Assembly: GCA_951406725.2 (NCBI GenBank)
Contig: OX597816.1
Coordinates: forward strand, 2,976,001 to 3,040,000
DNA from: Octopus vulgaris
Lineage: Eukaryota
Length of the DNA: 64,000 bases
Direction of reading: 5' to 3'
Part shown: one piece after another, positions 63,561 to 64,000 of the stretch
Numbering within the stretch: the stretch's first letter is position 1
Layout of the letters: each line of letters opens with the position of its first letter
Program-made: the position numbers and the translations under genes
The notes under the pieces: model-generated
Told to the model about the DNA's origin: nothing
Seen by the model: only the letters and a program-made list of their open reading frames with translations
Databases searched by the model: none

Positions 63561-64000
63561 GAAGAACCGCAAATATTGCTTTTGCTGATGTGTGCAAAGC
63601 TTGGTCAACCTGTAACATAGAGGAAATGCATGCGTCTTGCGTTCCATCGACGCCGTAGCTCACTGATGTGTTACCACACATATTGTTGTTGAGAACTTTC
63701 TCCTGCGACTATTGCAGCAAAGGGGCTGCTCACGTCCTAGTGTACATGAACGTGTTAGATATGATTGTACGCACATACTTCTGTGTTTTGTAAATCAAAT
63801 ATTCACGTCGCTAGAATTCGTTCCTTTCAAGGCGGCGAGCTGGCAGAAACGTTAGCAGGCCGGGCGAAATGCTGAGCAGTATTTCCTCTGTCGCTACGTT
63901 CTGAGTTCGAATTCCGCCGTGGTCGACGTTGCCTTTCATCCTTTCGGGGGTCGATTAAATAAGTACCAGTTATGCACTGGGGTCGATATATCGACTTAAT

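Overview
Repeat-rich animal genomic DNA, not prokaryotic. The SINE/LINE families and dense (TA)n/(CA)n/(TAA)n microsatellites fit an octopus (coleoid cephalopod) best; this is inference. Almost all ORFs in the supplied track are microsatellite artefacts. Two real spliced genes, mostly missed by that track, lie head-to-head with ATGs about 2.6 kb apart. HDDC2 (HD-domain 5'-deoxynucleotidase) is on the minus strand: 6 exons, 53760->35492, 189 aa. MRPS28 is on the plus strand: 2 exons, 56359->61130, 178 aa. Weak splice signals suggest the 5' end of a third, unidentified minus-strand gene in the first ~14 kb. The rest is tRNA-derived SINEs, RTE, CR1, R4/Dong and HERO-like LINE fragments, Penelope-like (PLE) RT/GIY-YIG remnants, and mariner- and Merlin-type MITEs. 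The most interesting signal is a set of short non-coding elements with PLE-type minimal hammerhead ribozyme motifs. They recur as head-to-head inverted pairs. One has a tRNA-like Pol III head plus an intact hammerhead core and is bounded by an 11-bp target-site duplication, which suggests a SINE mobilised by Penelope-like elements. Also notable are an inverted, partly homogenised RTE pair bracketing HDDC2 exon 2, an in-frame splice acceptor at the start of an intronic RTE ORF, and headless SINE concatemers with the same junction at independent loci.
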